Origin: an uncultured Dehalococcoidia bacterium
GTDB lineage: Bacteria > Chloroflexota > Dehalococcoidia > Lucifugimonadales > UBA6927
Assembly: GCA_964637555.1 (NCBI GenBank)
Contig: CAZWTJ010000001.1
Coordinates: 5,450-69,449 of the forward strand
Direction: 5' to 3'
Length of the DNA stretch: 64,000 nt
Shown here one piece after another: positions 46,282 through 56,119 of the stretch; positions within the stretch are counted from its first letter, which is position 1; the number at the start of each line of letters is the position of its first letter. The translations under genes and the position numbers were made by a program. The notes below the pieces were generated by a model. It ran no database searches. It was given only the letters and a program-made list of their open reading frames with translations, and was not told the DNA's origin.

Positions 46282-47178
46282 ATGAATGACAGTTTGACAA
46301 TCAAAGTTCCTGCCTCTTCAGCCAACATTGGACCTGGATTTGACTGCCTAGCACTCGCGCTGGACATATGGAACACATTAACTGTGTCCTCTGGTGAAAA
46401 TACAGTCTCAATTAATGGCTACGGTGAGGACTCCTTACCCCAAAACCAATCAAATTTAGTATTTAAAAGTTTTCATAGGATTTTCCAAGAAATTGGCGAA
46501 CCCCCTCCTACGGTCCATTTTGATTGCGAAAACAACATACCTATTGGCAAAGGATTGGGAAGTAGTGCGGCGGCTGTTATCGGAGGATTAATTGCAGGCA
46601 ACCAATTATCAAATCATCCATTTACAAATTCTCAAATTCTATCATTAGCATCCGATATAGAGGGCCATCCTGAAAATGCCGCGGCCGCATTGTTGGGAGG
46701 ATTTCAAATAGTTGTCAAAGATCAAACCGCCTTAATGACTTCGGAAGTTCTAATAAAAGAACCAATGAAAGCAATATTATTCATTCCAGAACTAGAAATG
46801 CCAACTGCTGAATCCCGGAAGGTCTTAGCAAAAACCATTAGCAGAGATGATGCAATTTTCAATATAGGACGTGCAGCTCTTCTGGTAAATGCACTATCTT
46901 CGGGTAATTTGGAATTACTAGCGAAAGCTACTGAGGATAAACTACATCAGCCTGCAAGACAAAAAATATTTTTGGCTATGTCAAACTTATTTCATGCAGC
47001 AATGAATTCTGGTGCATTGGCAACTTTTTTATCCGGCGCAGGATCAACTGTCATCGCTTTCGCCCAAGACAAAGAGTTCACCATTGGATATGAAATGGCA
47101 GATGCTGCTTCAAAATCTGGAATTGATGGAGAAATAAGAATTTCTGAACTTTCTAAACTAGGCACCTACACTTTATAA
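46282..47178 (+). CDS. thrB: Homoserine kinase
   Basis: 298 aa with the GHMP-kinase motif PIGKGLGSSAAAV. Confidence 0.9.
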   Translation: MNDSLTIKVPASSANIGPGFDCLALALDIWNTLTVSSGENTVSINGYGEDSLPQNQSNLVFKSFHRIFQEIGEPPPTVHFDCENNIPIGKGLGSSAAAVIGGLIAGNQLSNHPFTNSQILSLASDIEGHPENAAAALLGGFQIVVKDQTALMTSEVLIKEPMKAILFIPELEMPTAESRKVLAKTISRDDAIFNIGRAALLVNALSSGNLELLAKATEDKLHQPARQKIFLAMSNLFHAAMNSGALATFLSGAGSTVIAFAQDKEFTIGYEMADAASKSGIDGEIRISELSKLGTYTL

Positions 47179-47219
47179 TTGTACAAAATGCCATTTTAAT
47201 TCTATGACTAGGTGAAATC

Positions 47220-48446
47220 TTGAGTTTAATAGTACAAAAATATGGGGGTACATCAGTATCAGATGTCAAAAAAATAAAGCACGTATCTCGCCGCATTATT
47301 GAAAGGCTTGAGCAAGGTCATAGTATAGTAGTCGTAGTTTCAGCCATGGGAGATACAACGGATAAACTACTAGCATTGGCACAAAGTATTTCAGATTCAC
47401 CTAATCCACGCGAAACAGATGTACTCTTATCAACAGGAGAAATCGTTGCCAGTTCCTTAATTGCCTTAACTCTATCAGAAATGGGATTCGAGGCAATTAG
47501 TCTAAGTGGAAGTCAAGCTGGAATAGTCACTGATAATCTGCATGGAAATGCAATGATTGCCAAAGTAAATGCTGGAAGGATACTAAAAGAACTTGATTCC
47601 GGAAAAATTGTTATCGTGGCCGGATTTCAGGGAGTCGGTGACGATACTGACGTCCGATTACTGGGAAGAGGCGCTTCTGATCTTTCTGCTGTTGCAATTG
47701 CCGCGGAACTTCAAGCGGAGCGTTGTGAAATATTCACAGATGTAGAAGGAATATATACAGCGGATCCTAGAATTGTAGCTGATGCGAAAAAAATTAGTGA
47801 AATCGGATATGAAGAAATGCTAGAAATGGCAAGTTCCGGCGCCAAAATGCAACCAAGATCTATAGAATTAGGTATGACGTTCGGAGTTCCAATTTTAGTC
47901 GCTAGTACTTTCAACAACAATCCCGGAACTTTAATCCACGGAGGTGCAAAAATTATGAATCCTATAGTTGGTGAAATTAGAAACCGCGTGACTGGAGTAC
48001 CTTCGGAAAAAAACGTTTCGAAAATTACAATTCTAGGTGCAATCGATCAACCTGGAGTGGCTGCAGAAATATTTGAACCTCTCTCAAAAGCTGGTATCAG
48101 TGTGGATGTAATAGTCCAAAACACAAGTAATTCTGGCACGACTGATATTACTTTCACTGTTAAGAGTGCTCAACTGAAGGAAGCCCTCGAAATCACTCAG
48201 ATTTCTTCAAGTAATCTAAAAATTAATGGAGTATCAGCTGAAGATGGATTCGGAAAAGTAAGTATAATTGGTACAGGAATGCTAAACGTACCTGGATATG
48301 CTTCCAAAATGTTCAATGCATTAGCAAAAGCATCTGTCAATATAGAAATGATTACAACTTCAGAAATTCGTATAACGTGCTTAGTAAAAGAAACACAATT
48401 GGATCAAGCCGTTAGAGCAGTACATTCAGCATTTGACGTGGGTTAA
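47220..48446 (+). CDS. lysC: Aspartate kinase
   Basis: 408 aa with motif VQKYGGTSV and two C-terminal ACT-like repeats. TTG start behind an AGGTGA SD. Confidence 0.93.
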   Translation: MSLIVQKYGGTSVSDVKKIKHVSRRIIERLEQGHSIVVVVSAMGDTTDKLLALAQSISDSPNPRETDVLLSTGEIVASSLIALTLSEMGFEAISLSGSQAGIVTDNLHGNAMIAKVNAGRILKELDSGKIVIVAGFQGVGDDTDVRLLGRGASDLSAVAIAAELQAERCEIFTDVEGIYTADPRIVADAKKISEIGYEEMLEMASSGAKMQPRSIELGMTFGVPILVASTFNNNPGTLIHGGAKIMNPIVGEIRNRVTGVPSEKNVSKITILGAIDQPGVAAEIFEPLSKAGISVDVIVQNTSNSGTTDITFTVKSAQLKEALEITQISSSNLKINGVSAEDGFGKVSIIGTGMLNVPGYASKMFNALAKASVNIEMITTSEIRITCLVKETQLDQAVRAVHSAFDVG

Positions 48447-48456
48447 TTAATTTTCT

Positions 48457-49980
48457 ATGAGCACCAATAAAGCCTACGAAAAAGGTGACCCTTTTCTATC
48501 AATTATTATCCCTGCGTTCAACGAATCTTCTGAAATATACAATAGTCTTAAAATCCTACAAGTTTTTCTTGATTCTCAGATTTATTCTTGGGAGATAATT
48601 GTTGTTGATGATGGCAGTAATGACAACACTAGGGCAATAGTTGAAGATTGGATCTTGCAAAATGCAAACTCGCATCTAATTAAAAACGCTCATCTTGGCA
48701 AAGGAGCAGCTGTTAAAACTGGCATGCTAGCTGCAAAGGGCCAAGTACGACTAATGTGCGATGCAGATCTTTCCATGCCAGTCAATTTAATTGAAGAATT
48801 TATCCAGTCCCACCAACTTGGTTTTGATATTACGATCGGATCTAGAGAAATCGAAGGTTCCAAACGATTTGGAGAGCCGAATTTTAGACACATCAGAGGT
48901 AGGATATTCAACTTCTGGCTTCGATTCCTTGGAATAAATAAATTCCAAGATACTCAATGTGGTTTCAAATCTTTTAGCGCCCCGTTAGCAAATTTTCTTT
49001 TTAGCCAATTAGAAATTACAGGATTTGGATTCGACGTGGAATTAATGCATATCGCTTCAAAACAAAAACAAGTCAAAATACAGGAAATCCCTATAGAATG
49101 GCATCACAATATCAATAGTAAGGTACGTCCCCTCAGGGATCCATTTGCCATGATCAGAGATTCAGTTAAGGTAAAATGGAAAAGTGCTATTGGGAAATAT
49201 AATTTAGTATATCAACCAAAAAATCATTCCATTGAATACACCTCTGACAGTTCAATTTATGTTGTAATCCCTACTTTCAACGAAGCAAAAAATATTCCAG
49301 ACCTCACAGACAGGTTATTGAAATTAAATTTGCCGAATTTACAAATTTTATTCATTGATGACAATTCTCCTGATGGCACGAGTGAATCCATCAAAAAAAT
49401 TTCAAAAAAATTTGAATTTAACAAAATTCAATTAATCCAACGAATTCGAAAGTCAGGCCTGGGAAGCGCTTACATAGAAGGCTTTACCAAAGCCATAGAT
49501 CAGGGAGCGGAGGTCATCATACAAATGGATGCTGACCTCTCACATAAACCAGAATATGTAATAGAATTAATCAATCACCTCTCAAATAATGACTGCGTGG
49601 TTGGCTCGAGATATATTGACGGAGGAGGATTAGACAAAAATTGGGATTTTAAGCGTAAAATGCTCAGTAGCATTGCCAATTTTGGAATTAGATTGGTTGC
49701 GGGAATAAAAACCCGTGATGCCACCTCAGGATTCAAAGCTTACCGAACAGATAGCCTGAAAAAGCTCGATTTTTCTACAATCCAATCTAACGGGTTCGGT
49801 TTTCAAGCTGAAGTTGCTTTCATGATGGAACATCGAGATTTTAAAATCAAAGAATACCCCATCACATTCTTTGAAAGAGTACATGGGGACTCAAAAATGT
49901 CGGTTCAGATTATTCTTGAGGCACTTTGGAGACTTTCAACATTAAGAATATCAAACAAAATTAGAAAACCAACCGCCTAA
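48457..49980 (+). CDS. Tandem GT2 glycosyltransferase: polyprenyl-phosphate glucosyltransferase-like N-domain fused to a polyprenol-phosphate mannose synthase-like C-domain
   Basis: 507 aa with two complete GT-A modules. Module 1: IIIPAFNE...VVDDGSNDNT...CDADLS...QCGFK. Module 2: VVIPTFNE...FIDDNSPDGT...QMDADLSH...TSGFKAY. No TM helices are evident. Confidence 0.8.
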   Translation: MSTNKAYEKGDPFLSIIIPAFNESSEIYNSLKILQVFLDSQIYSWEIIVVDDGSNDNTRAIVEDWILQNANSHLIKNAHLGKGAAVKTGMLAAKGQVRLMCDADLSMPVNLIEEFIQSHQLGFDITIGSREIEGSKRFGEPNFRHIRGRIFNFWLRFLGINKFQDTQCGFKSFSAPLANFLFSQLEITGFGFDVELMHIASKQKQVKIQEIPIEWHHNINSKVRPLRDPFAMIRDSVKVKWKSAIGKYNLVYQPKNHSIEYTSDSSIYVVIPTFNEAKNIPDLTDRLLKLNLPNLQILFIDDNSPDGTSESIKKISKKFEFNKIQLIQRIRKSGLGSAYIEGFTKAIDQGAEVIIQMDADLSHKPEYVIELINHLSNNDCVVGSRYIDGGGLDKNWDFKRKMLSSIANFGIRLVAGIKTRDATSGFKAYRTDSLKKLDFSTIQSNGFGFQAEVAFMMEHRDFKIKEYPITFFERVHGDSKMSVQIILEALWRLSTLRISNKIRKPTA

Positions 49981-50062
49981 ACCTATTGCAATTAACTATA
50001 CCTAATGAACTACAATTCGGCACGAGGCTAAAATTCTTTACTCAATCCCTCGGAGGTAAGTC

Positions 50063-50896
50063 TTGGCAATAGCTCAACAAAAAGATATTGAAAAAATTCG
50101 CCTAAAAAAGACTAAGCTTGCAATTAATTATGCTATGCAAGGTCAATGGACTGACGCAATAAATGCAAATCAAGACATTCTATTAATTTTCCCTAATGAT
50201 CTTGATGCTCTAAACAGATTGGGCAAAGCTTTTAGTGAACTTGGAGATATCAAAAATGCCGAAGTAACTTTTCAAAATGTCTTGAATTTGTCTCCTGGCA
50301 ACCATATTGCGGTCAAAAATTTAGAACGATTGAAATTTGTCGACTCAAAAATTTCACGCCTACAAACTCAAAAGAATTCCAATCGCGATGCATTTATTGA
50401 GGACAGTGGAAAAAGTTGCGTAGTTTCTCTAAAGAAAGCTGCAAAACCGAGCGTGTTGTTAAAATTAGCCCCAGGTGAAATCGTTCATCTCCAACAAAAT
50501 AGGAAAATATTAATCGCTTGTGACGACTCTGGAAACAGACTCGGAGAAATTGACACGAAAATTGGAAGCAGGATTATAAGATTAACTAACGGAGGCAACA
50601 AATATAGCGCTTCTATCATTAGTTGCGGAGATAATTGGATCAGTATTATCTTACGAGAGACTTTCAAGTCCCCTTCCCAGAAAACTGTGACATCATTCCC
50701 AGCGATGGATAAATCATCTAATAATTTTTCCGCCTCAAAACGTAGTTTATCAAGCACAATGGCAGAAAGAGGATTAACGGAAATTGACGCCACATATCTC
50801 AAAGATTGGTCTAATGACGATACTGAACCTGGTGACGATGACATCTTTGACCCAATGATGAATGAAGTTCTCAAAGATATCGAGTTTGAAACATAA
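50063..50896 (+). CDS. TPR-repeat protein with an uncharacterised middle domain and acidic tail
   Basis: 277 aa. Two or three TPR-like units at the N-terminus (AINYAMQGQWTDAI...LNRLGKAFSELGDIKNAEVTFQNVLNLSPGNHIA). The C-terminus is acidic (DDTEPGDDDIFDP). TTG start 5 nt after GGAGGT. Confidence 0.55.
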   Translation: MAIAQQKDIEKIRLKKTKLAINYAMQGQWTDAINANQDILLIFPNDLDALNRLGKAFSELGDIKNAEVTFQNVLNLSPGNHIAVKNLERLKFVDSKISRLQTQKNSNRDAFIEDSGKSCVVSLKKAAKPSVLLKLAPGEIVHLQQNRKILIACDDSGNRLGEIDTKIGSRIIRLTNGGNKYSASIISCGDNWISIILRETFKSPSQKTVTSFPAMDKSSNNFSASKRSLSSTMAERGLTEIDATYLKDWSNDDTEPGDDDIFDPMMNEVLKDIEFET

Positions 50897-50932
50897 ATGA
50901 CTTTTTACCTGACAAAAATTTAAGGATCTAAA

Positions 50933-51568
50933 ATGTATTACTCAGATGAACAAATGATTATTGAACGAGTCAAATGTGGGCCTTATGACAATAATGCCTA
51001 TCTAGTGATATGCAAAGAAACAAAAGAAAGTATTATTATTGATACTCCTATGGATCCCAAAAACCTAATCACAGCCAGTTTGAAAACCACACCCAAAACA
51101 ATCTTAATTACTCACAACCACATGGATCATATTCATGGGTTCACCGAAGTACTGGATGCGCTCAAAACTAAAACAGGAATTGGCCAACAGGACGCTGAAG
51201 CATTACCTTCTGATCCGGATTTCCGGATTTGTGATGATCAAATTTTTTCAGCAGGGAAGTTAAAGGTCAAAGCTATCTACACTCCAGGCCACACACCAGG
51301 ATCTACTTGTTATTTGGTGAACAATCAACTTTTTACCGGCGACACACTATTCCCAGGAGGTCCTGGGAAAACACAAACTCCCGACAATTTTCAGCAGATT
51401 GTTCAATCTATTACTAACAAATTATTCTCGCTTGATTCAACAATTCATTTCCATCCCGGTCACGGTGAAGGGAGCATACTAAGTAAAAGTATTTCTGAAT
51501 TTGAGATTTTCAAATCAAAATCGCATGATAAAAATCTATGCGGCGATGTGGAATGGGAAAAAAGCTAA
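50933..51568 (+). CDS. MBL-fold metallo-hydrolase (glyoxalase II-like)
   Basis: 211 aa with THNHMDHIHG (HxHxDH) and a later GHTPGS. Confidence 0.8.
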   Translation: MYYSDEQMIIERVKCGPYDNNAYLVICKETKESIIIDTPMDPKNLITASLKTTPKTILITHNHMDHIHGFTEVLDALKTKTGIGQQDAEALPSDPDFRICDDQIFSAGKLKVKAIYTPGHTPGSTCYLVNNQLFTGDTLFPGGPGKTQTPDNFQQIVQSITNKLFSLDSTIHFHPGHGEGSILSKSISEFEIFKSKSHDKNLCGDVEWEKS

Positions 51569-51598
51569 TTATTAGACATAATTAAACTCCTGAATCCG

Positions 51599-52303
51599 TT
51601 GAGAAATTCAATCGAAAATAAAATCCCTGCAGAAAAATCCCTCTTCTCAGAAGCTATGATCACATTTGCAGGGATAGTCCTCGGATTTCTAACGATTTCT
51701 ATCATTATCGGGTTACTATCAAATAAAGAGGGTGACGCTTTTTTAATTAACCCCTTATTTGCATTTGCAACATATTTGATTATCCCAGCGGTATTAGTTG
51801 GTTTTTATAAACGGAACAACCACCGAATCAAAATGCGCCTGAATTCTCCATTTCGAGAAGTCCAACTCAATTGGAAGTTGACTTTATTTTCTCTTTTATT
51901 CATGTTTGCATGTTCAATTTTATATGGAATTCTAATCCAGATTTTACAAATTCCTTGGTTAATGCCTCCATCTGCCAATGATCAAATCTATTTTTTGGGA
52001 GATGGGTTTAGATTATTATTTAATATCCTTATAGTAGGTTTGTGGGCACCTTTTAATGAAGAACTTCTCTTCAGAAACTTTTTAATCCCCATTATCTCCC
52101 GCAAGTATGGATCTTTTATAGCTGTAACAATTTCGAGTGCCCTATTTTCATTGATGCATATAGAACTTAGTTTACTAATCCCAGTATTTCTTTTGGGTGT
52201 TTGTTTATCTTGGTTGTTCAAAAAAACTCAATCTGTTTGGCCATGTATCATTGCACATTCCATATGGAATATGATCGTAATTGTGGTAGGATTTCTAATC
52301 TAG
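51599..52303 (+). CDS. CPBP-family intramembrane glutamic endopeptidase (CAAX protease-like)
   Basis: 234 aa, polytopic, with motifs EELLFRNFL, FSLMH and HSIWN. The start codon is uncertain (TTG without an SD). Confidence 0.75.
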   Translation: MRNSIENKIPAEKSLFSEAMITFAGIVLGFLTISIIIGLLSNKEGDAFLINPLFAFATYLIIPAVLVGFYKRNNHRIKMRLNSPFREVQLNWKLTLFSLLFMFACSILYGILIQILQIPWLMPPSANDQIYFLGDGFRLLFNILIVGLWAPFNEELLFRNFLIPIISRKYGSFIAVTISSALFSLMHIELSLLIPVFLLGVCLSWLFKKTQSVWPCIIAHSIWNMIVIVVGFLI

Positions 52304-52310
52304 AGGCAAG

Positions 52311-53108
52311 ATGAATAATTCAATTAAAAACAGAATAGACTTATTACTATCAAAATCAGTCGCTGAAGGTCGTCCTGTTTTGTCACCCTTCATCACAATT
52401 GGCTATCCCGACAAGCAAAAATCAATTGATATGGGTATATCAATTTTAAATAGTGGCGGAGACATGCTGGAACTTGGTGTTCCTTTTAGCGACCCTCTTG
52501 CAGATGGTCCTACCATTCAAAAAACCAGTTTTGTGGCAATCCAAAATGGTATCAACCTATCTAATTGTCTTAATGCAGCAACTGCTATAAGGGATTCCAA
52601 CTCCACAGCTCCTTTGATACTAATGGGCTACCTTAACCCATTTTTACATTATGGTTTCGAACAATTCGCATCAGATGCATCCAAGTCTGGAATCGATGGT
52701 GTAATAATACCTGATGTCCCTGCAGAGGAAGCACGTCCATATCTAGAAATTTGTGATTCAAATAATATTCACTTTATTCCGTTATTAGCCCCCACAAGTA
52801 CAGACTCTCGAATTGAGCAATCTTGTAAGAACGCCCGTGGATTTGTATACTGCGTCAGCGTTACTGGCACCACAGGTGCTCGATCAAATATTTCTAAAAA
52901 TTTAGAGTTGTTAGTTTCTAAAATCAGGAAGTATACTGAATTGCCAATTTTGGTAGGATTTGGCGTCTCGACCAAAAAACATTTCCAAGATGTGACTCGA
53001 TTTGCTGATGGTGCAATCATTGCTAGCGCGATGCTCGACGCAGTTGCTTCAGATCTTACTACCGATGCGGCAATTACGGCATCAAATTTTATCAAAGGTA
53101 TTAAATAA
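52311..53108 (+). CDS. trpA: Tryptophan synthase alpha chain
   Basis: 265 aa with motifs LELGVPFSDPLADGPTIQ and GFVYCVSVTGTTGAR. Confidence 0.93.
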   Translation: MNNSIKNRIDLLLSKSVAEGRPVLSPFITIGYPDKQKSIDMGISILNSGGDMLELGVPFSDPLADGPTIQKTSFVAIQNGINLSNCLNAATAIRDSNSTAPLILMGYLNPFLHYGFEQFASDASKSGIDGVIIPDVPAEEARPYLEICDSNNIHFIPLLAPTSTDSRIEQSCKNARGFVYCVSVTGTTGARSNISKNLELLVSKIRKYTELPILVGFGVSTKKHFQDVTRFADGAIIASAMLDAVASDLTTDAAITASNFIKGIK

Positions 53109-53109
53109 A

Positions 53110-53508
53110 ATGTCAGATAGTCCAACCAATTACATATTAGGTATCAGAGGTGCAACTACTGCAACAGAGAATACTAGTGAAGCAATCCTCAACGCTACGG
53201 AGGAATTACTTCAATCAATTGTTGAAGTAAACCAAATCAGTCTGAACGAAATCGCAGCTGTATTCCTAACTGCAACAAAGGATCTTAACGCCGCTTTTCC
53301 AGCCACAGCAGCAAGAGTAAGACTATCTTGGGATAATATTGCGTTAATGGATGGACCTCATATGGATGTTCCTGGATCCCAACCTAGGTGCATTAGGGCA
53401 TTGATTCTTGTGAATTCATCCAAAAACCACACAAATATTGAGAATATTTATCTACATGAAGCTAGAAACTTAAAAAGACAAGCTGAAGATCTAACAGATA
53501 AAACTTAA
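53110..53508 (+). CDS. aroH: Chorismate mutase, AroH class
   Basis: 132 aa from ATG 53110 (MSDSPTNYILGIRGATTA...). Collinear resemblance to B. subtilis AroH as I recall it (IRGATT; ...AFPA...; CIRALILV). The track ORF start at 53002 lies inside trpA and is not used. Confidence 0.9.
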   Translation: MSDSPTNYILGIRGATTATENTSEAILNATEELLQSIVEVNQISLNEIAAVFLTATKDLNAAFPATAARVRLSWDNIALMDGPHMDVPGSQPRCIRALILVNSSKNHTNIENIYLHEARNLKRQAEDLTDKT

Positions 53509-53522
53509 AAAATGAATTCCCA

Positions 53523-54464
53523 ATGAAATTACTCTCGGAACTACCACCAAACATAGACAATTCTATTGTCTCCATTGGCGTTTTCGATGGCGTACATTTA
53601 GGACATCAATTCCTTTTTGATAGATTACGCAAATCAGCATCAGAGCAATCGAAAAGTTCAGTGATAATAACTTTTAAAAATCATCCTATGTCTATAATCA
53701 ATAAAAAGTTTCAGCCAAAGTTTTTGATGACTCTATCCGAGAGACTAGAAAACCTCTCTTCCACAGGCGTAGATTCGGTAATCCCTATTACATTTGACAA
53801 TGAATTAGCAAAACTATCAGCTAAAAAATTCCTATCTATTCTGAAAGACAAAATTAACCTTTCGCAAATTGTTGCAGGCCCTGATTTTGCACTTGGAAGA
53901 AACAGAGAAGGAAACATTGAAAAGCTAACTTTGCTTGGACCAAAACTGGGGTTTTCTGTAGAGGTTGTCCCTGTATATTCATTTTCTGAAGGGGAAATCC
54001 CCATCAGAAGTTCCGAAGCCAGAAAAGAATTGTCAAAGGGAAATATCAAATCCCTGAATGAAATGTTAGGTAGAAGATTCAGATTGTCAGGCACGGTGGA
54101 TCCTGGCAATCATATGGGCACCGAACTAGGATTCCCAACAGCAAATATTTCGGTTGATTTAAATCTGGCAATTCCTCCAGATGGAGTCTATGCAACATGG
54201 GTTACAATTGATAACGAACCTACTAATCAAAGATGGATGGGGGCAACAAGTATAGGAAAAAGGCCAACTTTTAAAGAATTTCAAGATCTTGCGATTGAAA
54301 CCTATTTATTAGATTTTGACAAAGATATATATAATCGCCGAATGAAGATTGAATTCGTTCAAAAGATCCGTGACCAAAAACAATTCAGTTCTAAAAATTC
54401 TCTAATCGAACAAATGCAAATTGATATTGATACAATTAGGAACATATTAACAGAGCAAAAGTAG
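53523..54464 (+). CDS. ribF: Bifunctional riboflavin kinase / FMN adenylyltransferase
   Basis: 313 aa with motifs GVFDGVHLGHQ and LGFPTANI. Confidence 0.93.
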   Translation: MKLLSELPPNIDNSIVSIGVFDGVHLGHQFLFDRLRKSASEQSKSSVIITFKNHPMSIINKKFQPKFLMTLSERLENLSSTGVDSVIPITFDNELAKLSAKKFLSILKDKINLSQIVAGPDFALGRNREGNIEKLTLLGPKLGFSVEVVPVYSFSEGEIPIRSSEARKELSKGNIKSLNEMLGRRFRLSGTVDPGNHMGTELGFPTANISVDLNLAIPPDGVYATWVTIDNEPTNQRWMGATSIGKRPTFKEFQDLAIETYLLDFDKDIYNRRMKIEFVQKIRDQKQFSSKNSLIEQMQIDIDTIRNILTEQK

Positions 54465-54517
54465 CATATTTAATCTCCTTTGTTCATTCCATAATCTTCA
54501 AATCTAAACAACAAGGA

Positions 54518-55762
54518 ATGAAAGTGAACACAACAGAAAATTCTTCCGAAAATCTATTAACCCGATCTGTTGTTGAGGTAGTAATTGAATCTGAGCTGAA
54601 ACAACGGATTCAAAGTGGAGAGTCGCTAAGAATAAAAATGGGATTTGATCCAAGTGCCCCTGATATTCACTTGGGGCATGCAGTTGGTCTTAGAAAACTT
54701 CGAGACTTCCAAGAAGCTGGACATATTGTTGTACTTATAGTCGGAGACTGGACTGCTCAAATTGGAGACCCTTCAGGAAGATCAGAGATCCGGCCAATGC
54801 TTTCCGAAAAACAAGTCCAAGAGAATGCGAAAACATACATGGATCAATTCTTTAAAATTGTTGATAAAGACAAAACCGAAGTAAGATGGCAAAGTGAGTG
54901 GTTTTCCGATTTTCGTCTAAAAGATATTATTAATTTAACTGGTCGTTTTACTGTCGCTCAATTTTTAGCTCGTGAAGACTTCTCAAATCGTTTTAAATCG
55001 CAACTTCCTATTTCTATCACAGAATTACTATATCCGATATTGCAAGCCTACGACTCAGTAGCAATTCAAAGTGATGTTGAGTTAGGAGGCACAGACCAAA
55101 AATTCAACTTGTTAGTAGGTAGAGACCTGCAGAATATGTTAGGCCATAATCCTCAACATGTACTCACAATGCCCTTAATTCCTGGTACTGATGGTGTTAG
55201 AAAAATGAGTAAAAGTCTAAACAACTATGTCGGCATCACTGAAACTCCAGAGAATATCTTCGGCAAGACTATGTCAATTCCGGATAATTTAATTACTCTA
55301 TGGCTTGAATGTTTAACTGATCTTCCCATGAAAGAAATTGATGAAATTAATAAGTTCTTAAAAGAAGAATCTTCCAATCCGATAGATATAAAGAAAACCC
55401 TTGCATCCGAAATTGTAAAGGATTTCCATGGCTTAGAAGCTTCAATATTGGCAAGACAAAATTTCGAAAAGATAGTCCAATCCGGAGAAATCCCGACCGA
55501 AATCCCTGAATACAAACTTCAGGATTTGCAAGATAATTCTTATGTCAGTCGGCTATTAGTTGAATCCAAAATGGTAGCAAGTATTAGCGAAGCGAAAAGA
55601 TTGCTCAAACAAAATGCGGTCAAGAAAATTTCAACATCCCAAGGTGCCAATCAAACGATCTCTTCCGCCGAGAATATTGATGACGGTCCGCTTGACTCAT
55701 CAGGCTTGATACCAGGAATGATCCTTCGGGTGGGACGCAGGAAATTCTTACGCATACTCTAG
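54518..55762 (+). CDS. tyrS: Tyrosine--tRNA ligase
   Basis: 414 aa with HIGH (PDIHLGH), KMSKS, and a C-terminal S4-like domain. Confidence 0.95.
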   Translation: MKVNTTENSSENLLTRSVVEVVIESELKQRIQSGESLRIKMGFDPSAPDIHLGHAVGLRKLRDFQEAGHIVVLIVGDWTAQIGDPSGRSEIRPMLSEKQVQENAKTYMDQFFKIVDKDKTEVRWQSEWFSDFRLKDIINLTGRFTVAQFLAREDFSNRFKSQLPISITELLYPILQAYDSVAIQSDVELGGTDQKFNLLVGRDLQNMLGHNPQHVLTMPLIPGTDGVRKMSKSLNNYVGITETPENIFGKTMSIPDNLITLWLECLTDLPMKEIDEINKFLKEESSNPIDIKKTLASEIVKDFHGLEASILARQNFEKIVQSGEIPTEIPEYKLQDLQDNSYVSRLLVESKMVASISEAKRLLKQNAVKKISTSQGANQTISSAENIDDGPLDSSGLIPGMILRVGRRKFLRIL

Positions 55763-55772
55763 AGGTCAACCC

Positions 55773-56066
55773 ATGAAACGATTACCAAACTTTAAACTAA
55801 ATATCTATAAAGACAAAGAATCTACTCATTTAAGTGAGATTTTAGTCGCCGCTAAGCTAGCCAAAACTCTTGAATCTGCCCGTATGGAAATCAAAGAGTT
55901 TTCTGTATCTCTCGCCAGATCCCCCAACTTAGAAATGATTACAGGTGTGGGCACTCATACCAGGGTATTAAAATCAACTCTCACCTCAGACTTAAGTATT
56001 ACGGAACTAAAAATAAATCCTAAAGATGTCTTATATCTCGGAGAATTGTTTGTTCGATTCGAATAA
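55773..56066 (+). CDS. Hypothetical 97-aa protein, possibly a free-standing S4-like domain
   Basis: AGAGG SD 8 nt upstream. The segment LSEILVAAKLAKTLESARMEIKEFSVSL aligns by eye with the TyrRS C-terminal segment VSRLLVESKMVASISEAKRLLKQNAVKK. Confidence 0.5.
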   Translation: MKRLPNFKLNIYKDKESTHLSEILVAAKLAKTLESARMEIKEFSVSLARSPNLEMITGVGTHTRVLKSTLTSDLSITELKINPKDVLYLGELFVRFE

Positions 56067-56119
56067 TTTATTTCAACAGAACTAGCGCTATGCTACAATT
56101 TATACAGAAAAATTAAATT

